64,000 bases of DNA from positions 256,001 through 320,000 of the forward strand of contig CAWGVS010000010.1 of the NCBI GenBank assembly GCA_963826115.1. The letters are read 5' to 3'. The stretch is from an uncultured Candidatus Rokubacteria bacterium (lineage in GTDB: Bacteria > Methylomirabilota > Methylomirabilia > Rokubacteriales > DASRDR01). The translations under genes were made by a program, and so were the position numbers. This document shows, one piece after another, positions 59,623-64,000 of the stretch. How positions within the stretch are numbered: the first letter of the stretch is position 1; each line of letters starts with the position of its first letter. The notes under the pieces are model-generated. The model was not told where the DNA came from. It searched no databases and saw only the letters and a list, made by a program, of their open reading frames with translations.

Positions 59623-60342
59623 ATGGCGACGTTCGCGCTCGTCCACGGCGCGGGGCACGGGGCCTGGTGCTGGGAGCGACTGATCCCGATGCTCGAGGCT
59701 CTCGGGCACCGCGCGCTCGCCATGGACCTTCCGTGCGAGGACCAGACGGCGGGCGCGACGCGCTACGCCGAGGTCGTCGATCGGGCTCTCCCTCCGGCGC
59801 GCGATCTCGTCCTGGTCGGTCACTCGCTCGCCGGGCTGACCATCCCGCTGGTGGCCGCGCGCCGTCCCGTCCGGCGGCTCGTGTTCCTCTGCGCGGTCGT
59901 CCCGGAGTTCGGCCGGAGTCTCTTCGACCAGGTGGAGGCGGAGCCCGACCTCTATCACCCCGTGAGTCGCTCGCACCCGGGCCGGCTGACGGCCGCCGAC
60001 GGCACCGTGACCTTTCGCGACGAGGCCGCCGCGCGCGACGTCTTCTACCAGGACTGCAGCCCCGAGGACGTCCGCCGGGCGTTCGCGCGGCTCCGTCCCC
60101 AGGCGGCGGCCCCGCGCCGCGAGCCGTGCCCGCTGTCCGCGTGGCCGCCGGGCGAGCGGGCCTACATCCTGTGCCGGCAGGACCACGCGATTGCGCCCGC
60201 CTGGTCGCGTCGCGTCGCGCGCGAGCGCCTCGGCGTCGAGGCGATCGAGCTCGACGGGGGCCACTCGCCGTTCATCGCCCAGCCCGCGGCGCTCGCCGGC
60301 GTGCTGGATCGCCTCGCGCGCGAGCGCGCGGCGGTCGCGTGA
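59623..60342 (+). CDS. Alpha/beta-fold hydrolase
   Basis: LVHGAGHGAWCW, nucleophile GHSLAG, D (RQDHAI) and H (GGHSPF). Confidence 0.9.
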   Translation: MATFALVHGAGHGAWCWERLIPMLEALGHRALAMDLPCEDQTAGATRYAEVVDRALPPARDLVLVGHSLAGLTIPLVAARRPVRRLVFLCAVVPEFGRSLFDQVEAEPDLYHPVSRSHPGRLTAADGTVTFRDEAAARDVFYQDCSPEDVRRAFARLRPQAAAPRREPCPLSAWPPGERAYILCRQDHAIAPAWSRRVARERLGVEAIELDGGHSPFIAQPAALAGVLDRLARERAAVA

Positions 60343-60419
60343 GGGCCGCGATGCCGGGCCGCCCGCGCCCGTTCCCGCGGGTCCGTCCGATCCGAGACCT
60401 CTGACACGGAGGCGCGCCG

Positions 60420-61829
60420 ATGGCGTCCGACGAGCTCTGCTGGCTGTCCGCCACCGACCTGGCGGCCCTCATCCGCCGCCGCAAGGTCTCGCCCGTCGAG
60501 GTCGTCGACGCGGTGCTGGATCGGATCGGCCGGCTGAACCCGCAGATCAACGCGTACGTCACGGTCACCGCCGACGAGGCCCGCCGCTCGGCGCGCCTGG
60601 CCGAGCGCGAGGCCGTCCGCCGCCGGGCCACCCTCGGCCCGCTCCACGGAGTCCCGTTCTCCGTGAAGGACCTCGTGATCACGAAGGGCGTCCGCACGAC
60701 GTTCGGCACGCCGCTCTTCGCCGACACGGTCCCGACCGAGGACGCGCCCATGGTCGCCCGCCTGAAGGCGGCCGGCGCCATCATGGTCGGGAAGACCAAC
60801 ACGCCCACGCTCGGCTGGCTGGGGGCGACCCACAACCTCCTGTTCGGCCCGACCCGGAACCCCTGGCGGCTCGACCGGACGCCCGGCGGGTCGAGCGGCG
60901 GCGCCTCCGCCGCGGTCGCCGCCGGCCTCGCTCCGATCGCGGTCGGGACCGACGGCGGCGGCTCCATCCGGATCCCGGCCTCGTTCGCCGGCATCTTCGG
61001 CCACAAGCCGTCCTACGCGCGCATTCCCACCTATCCGGCGAGCGCCGCGTGGAGCGTCTCCCACATCGGCCCCATGACGCGGACGGTGGCCGACGCCGCG
61101 CTCGCCATGCAGGTGTGCGCCGGACCCGACGAGCGGGACCCGTACTCCCTGCCGCGGGACGGGACGCACTACGTGCGGGCGATCCGCGGCGGCGTGAAGG
61201 GGCTCCGGGTCGCCTACGCGGAGGACCTGGGCAACCTGGCCGCGCTCGATCCCGAGGTGCGCCAGGCGACGGCGCGGGCCGCCCGCGCCTTCCGCGACCT
61301 CGGATGCCGCGTGGACACCGCGACGCCGCGGTGGCCGTCGCCGTACGACTGCTGGTTCCAGATCTTCTGCGGCGGGCTGGGCACCCGGCTCCTCCCGTAC
61401 CGCGACCGCCGCGACGAGATCGAGCCCGGGCTCCTCGCGATCATCGAGGCGACCGCGGCGAACCCGCCGAGCCGGTACGTGCAGGCCTGGTTCGACCGGC
61501 TGGCGTGGTGGCAGCATCCCCGCGCCTTCTTCGAGCGCTACGACCTCCTTCTCACGCCGACGGTCGCGTGTCCGGCCTTCCCGGTGGGCCTCGACCATCC
61601 CGCCGACGTCGCCGGGCGCGCGGTCGCGCCGTACGCGTGGCTCCCGTACACGTATCCCTTCAACCTCACGGGGCAGCCCGCGGCGTCGGTCCCCTGCGGC
61701 TTCACGCACGACGGGCTCCCGATCGGCCTCCAGATCGTGGGGCGGCGGTTCGACGACGCGACGGTGCTCCGCGCCGCGGCGGCGTTCGAGCGCGAGCGAC
61801 CCTGGGCGAACGCGCGCCCCGGACTGTAG
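60420..61829 (+). CDS. Amidase signature family enzyme
   Basis: SVKD, GGSSGG and GTDGGGSIRIPA. Confidence 0.94.
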   Translation: MASDELCWLSATDLAALIRRRKVSPVEVVDAVLDRIGRLNPQINAYVTVTADEARRSARLAEREAVRRRATLGPLHGVPFSVKDLVITKGVRTTFGTPLFADTVPTEDAPMVARLKAAGAIMVGKTNTPTLGWLGATHNLLFGPTRNPWRLDRTPGGSSGGASAAVAAGLAPIAVGTDGGGSIRIPASFAGIFGHKPSYARIPTYPASAAWSVSHIGPMTRTVADAALAMQVCAGPDERDPYSLPRDGTHYVRAIRGGVKGLRVAYAEDLGNLAALDPEVRQATARAARAFRDLGCRVDTATPRWPSPYDCWFQIFCGGLGTRLLPYRDRRDEIEPGLLAIIEATAANPPSRYVQAWFDRLAWWQHPRAFFERYDLLLTPTVACPAFPVGLDHPADVAGRAVAPYAWLPYTYPFNLTGQPAASVPCGFTHDGLPIGLQIVGRRFDDATVLRAAAAFERERPWANARPGL

Positions 61830-61830
61830 G

Positions 61831-63081
61831 GTGACCTGGTGGCTCTTCGCGGGGGCCGTCGCCGTCCGCCTGGCGGCCCTCGCAATCCTGGGCCTCCGGC
61901 CTGAGCGCTTCGAGTACGAGTCGCAGGCGCTCAGCCTCCTCGCCGGCGAGGGCTACCGGTACGTCCATCTCGGGACTCCGCACCTTGCCGTCGGCCCGCC
62001 GCTCTACGGGTTTCTCTGCGCCGGTCTCTACCGCGTCTTCGGCCACGCGCCACTGCCGGTGATCCTGGTCCAGATCGCGGCATCCTCGCTGATCCCGGGC
62101 GTGGTCGTGCGCATCGCCCGCGAGGTCGGGCTCCCCGCGCGGCTCGCGCTCGTCGCGGGCCTGCCCGCGGTCGTGCACCCCGGGCTCGTCGTCTACGCGG
62201 TCCACAAGCTCCACCCGCTCTCGCTCGACGCGCTCTTTCTCGCCCTGACCGTGCTGGCCGTGCTGCGGCTCGCGCCCGTGCCGGCGGCGGGCGCTTACGC
62301 GCGGGCGGGTCTCGTGCTCGGGCTGGCGACGTTGTCGCGCGCGACCGTGGCGGCGTTCGCGCTGCCGGCCGCCCTCTGGCTCGCGTGGCTCGCGCCCGCG
62401 CTCCGGCGGCGGCGCGCCGGGGCCGGGATCGCTCTCTTCCTCCTGGTGGCCGGCCTCGTCGTGCTGCCGTGGACGGCGCGCAACTACCTTCTCTTCGGCC
62501 GGTTCGTGTTCGTCACCACGGACACCGCGGAGCTCTTCTGGCGGGGGAACAACCCGATCGCGACGGGTTCCGCGCTACTCCTGGACGGGCGCGCGGTCTT
62601 CCTCGGGGCACCCGAGGCGTTCCGGCGCGAGATCCTGTCGCGGGATGAGCTGGGCCAGGTCGATCTCTTCCGCGAGACCGCCCGCGCGTTCGTGCGGGAC
62701 CATCCCACGGAGTTCGCCGCGCTACTGGTCCGGAAGTGGGTGTCGTTCTGGTGGTTTCCGGCCAGCGCCGGGCTCCGCTACCCCGGCGCGTGGCTGCGCC
62801 TCTACCAGGCGTTCTACGTGGCGCTCCTCGCAGGCGCGATCCTCGGGGCGGTGGTCGCCTGGCGCCGCGCCGACGCCGACGGCCGCCGGAGGCTCGTCCT
62901 CGTGCTGGTGATGCTCGTCTGCGTCTCGGTCGCGCAGAGCCTCTTCTACGTGGACGTCCGGCACCGGTGGGGCGTCGAGCCCTTGCTGGGAGTCTTCCTG
63001 GCGGCCGGCGCGAGCGCGTGGCCGGCCATCGCGGGCGCCGGACGGGGGCGTCCCCTTGACGGCGGCGCCGGCCCTGCCTGA
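61831..63081 (+). CDS. GT-C (ArnT/PMT-like) membrane glycosyltransferase
   Basis: Polytopic protein with PPLYG, GLATLSR, LPWTARNY...G.F and WRGNNP. Confidence 0.78.
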   Translation: MTWWLFAGAVAVRLAALAILGLRPERFEYESQALSLLAGEGYRYVHLGTPHLAVGPPLYGFLCAGLYRVFGHAPLPVILVQIAASSLIPGVVVRIAREVGLPARLALVAGLPAVVHPGLVVYAVHKLHPLSLDALFLALTVLAVLRLAPVPAAGAYARAGLVLGLATLSRATVAAFALPAALWLAWLAPALRRRRAGAGIALFLLVAGLVVLPWTARNYLLFGRFVFVTTDTAELFWRGNNPIATGSALLLDGRAVFLGAPEAFRREILSRDELGQVDLFRETARAFVRDHPTEFAALLVRKWVSFWWFPASAGLRYPGAWLRLYQAFYVALLAGAILGAVVAWRRADADGRRRLVLVLVMLVCVSVAQSLFYVDVRHRWGVEPLLGVFLAAGASAWPAIAGAGRGRPLDGGAGPA

Positions 63082-63205
63082 GGATGCTGTCGGAAGCACT
63101 CCGGTCGCGTCGCCGGCCGTGCCCTCGTCGCCCGGGACGGCACCGGCCGGGCACCTCGCCTCGCTGACATCGTGGCCGGTCGGAACGGCCACGCGGAGGT
63201 GGCAC

Positions 63206-64000
63206 ATGGGCGTCCTGCGAAAGCTCCGCATGCTCGGCCTCGCGGTTCTCCCCGTGCTGGCCCTCGGCATCGCCGCCGACGCGCAGGCCCCCCGGAAGGG
63301 CGGCGTGCTGCGGATCGGCAACCTCGGCGAGCCGCCGACCCTCGACGCCCACTGGACGACGGCGACCCTGACCGAGGTGCTGACGAACCACCTCTACGAG
63401 GGCCTCTATGCCCTGGACGAGGGATACCGGCCGGTTCCGATGCTGGCGGAGGGCATGCCGACGGTCTCGACGGACGGCCTGACGTACGTGATCCGGCTCC
63501 GCCAGGGCGTCAAGTTCCACAACGGCAAGGAGATGACGTCGGACGACGTCGTCGCGTCGCTCAAGCGCTGGACCCAGCAGTCGCAGTACGGGAAGGCGCT
63601 CGCGACGGTGCTGGCCGACATGCGGGCGACCGGGAAGTATGCCGTCGAGCTCAAGCTCAAGCAGAAGTCCGCGGCGGTCGTCGTCTCGCTGGCGGCGCCG
63701 AACAACTTCGGCGCGATCTACCCGAAGGAGATCGCCGAGAAGTTCCCGCCGGCCGAGAAGGCCACGGAGTTCGTCGGGACAGGGCCCTTCAAGCTCGCCG
63801 AGTGGAAGCCGGACCAGTACATCCGGATGGTGCGGTTCGACGACTACAAGTCGCGCTCGGATCCGCCGAGCGGGTACGGTGGCGCCAAGGCTGCCCACGT
63901 CGACGAGCTCCGATGGATTCCGGTGCCGGACGTCGCCACCCGCGTCGCCCAGATGGAGACGGGCGAGCTCGAGTTCGCGGACGACCTCAACATCGACGCC
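63206..64000 (+). CDS. Family 5 ABC solute-binding protein (runs off the window end)
   Basis: SD GGAGGT. MGVLRKLRMLGLAVLPVLALGIAADAQAPRKGGVLR...PPTLDAH, LRQGVKFHNG and GTGPFK. No stop before 64000. Confidence 0.9.
   Translation, partial: MGVLRKLRMLGLAVLPVLALGIAADAQAPRKGGVLRIGNLGEPPTLDAHWTTATLTEVLTNHLYEGLYALDEGYRPVPMLAEGMPTVSTDGLTYVIRLRQGVKFHNGKEMTSDDVVASLKRWTQQSQYGKALATVLADMRATGKYAVELKLKQKSAAVVVSLAAPNNFGAIYPKEIAEKFPPAEKATEFVGTGPFKLAEWKPDQYIRMVRFDDYKSRSDPPSGYGGAKAAHVDELRWIPVPDVATRVAQMETGELEFADDLNIDA

Overview
Very GC-rich bacterial chromosomal window. The gene content and composition resemble Ca. Rokubacteria/Methylomirabilota-type soil genomes; this is an inference and was not verified by search. 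About 60 genes are present, mostly housekeeping or metabolic: three family-5 peptide ABC transporter loci, cspA, rnd, a caa3-type cytochrome c oxidase operon with a subunit I/III fusion, recQ, ettA, a pyruvate/2-oxoacid dehydrogenase operon, and several oxidoreductases, hydrolases and MFS transporters. No rRNA, tRNA, CRISPR array, transposase or phage module was recognised. The standout locus is 24.6-31.2 kb. In order, it holds an NtrC-family sigma54 activator, three TGCAC-N8-GTGCA palindromes, a canonically spaced sigma54 -24/-12 promoter, and four tandem 48-aa secreted-looking peptide genes ending in (C/S)DSGGGGGW, which the ORF track does not call correctly. These are followed by an oligopeptide-binding protein with no adjacent transporter genes, a HAMP-PAS histidine kinase and a stand-alone receiver. 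This architecture suggests an uncharacterised peptide-signalling (quorum-sensing-like) autoinduction circuit. Several frameshifts (1-2.9 kb, ~43.2 kb) look like single-base sequencing errors rather than biology.
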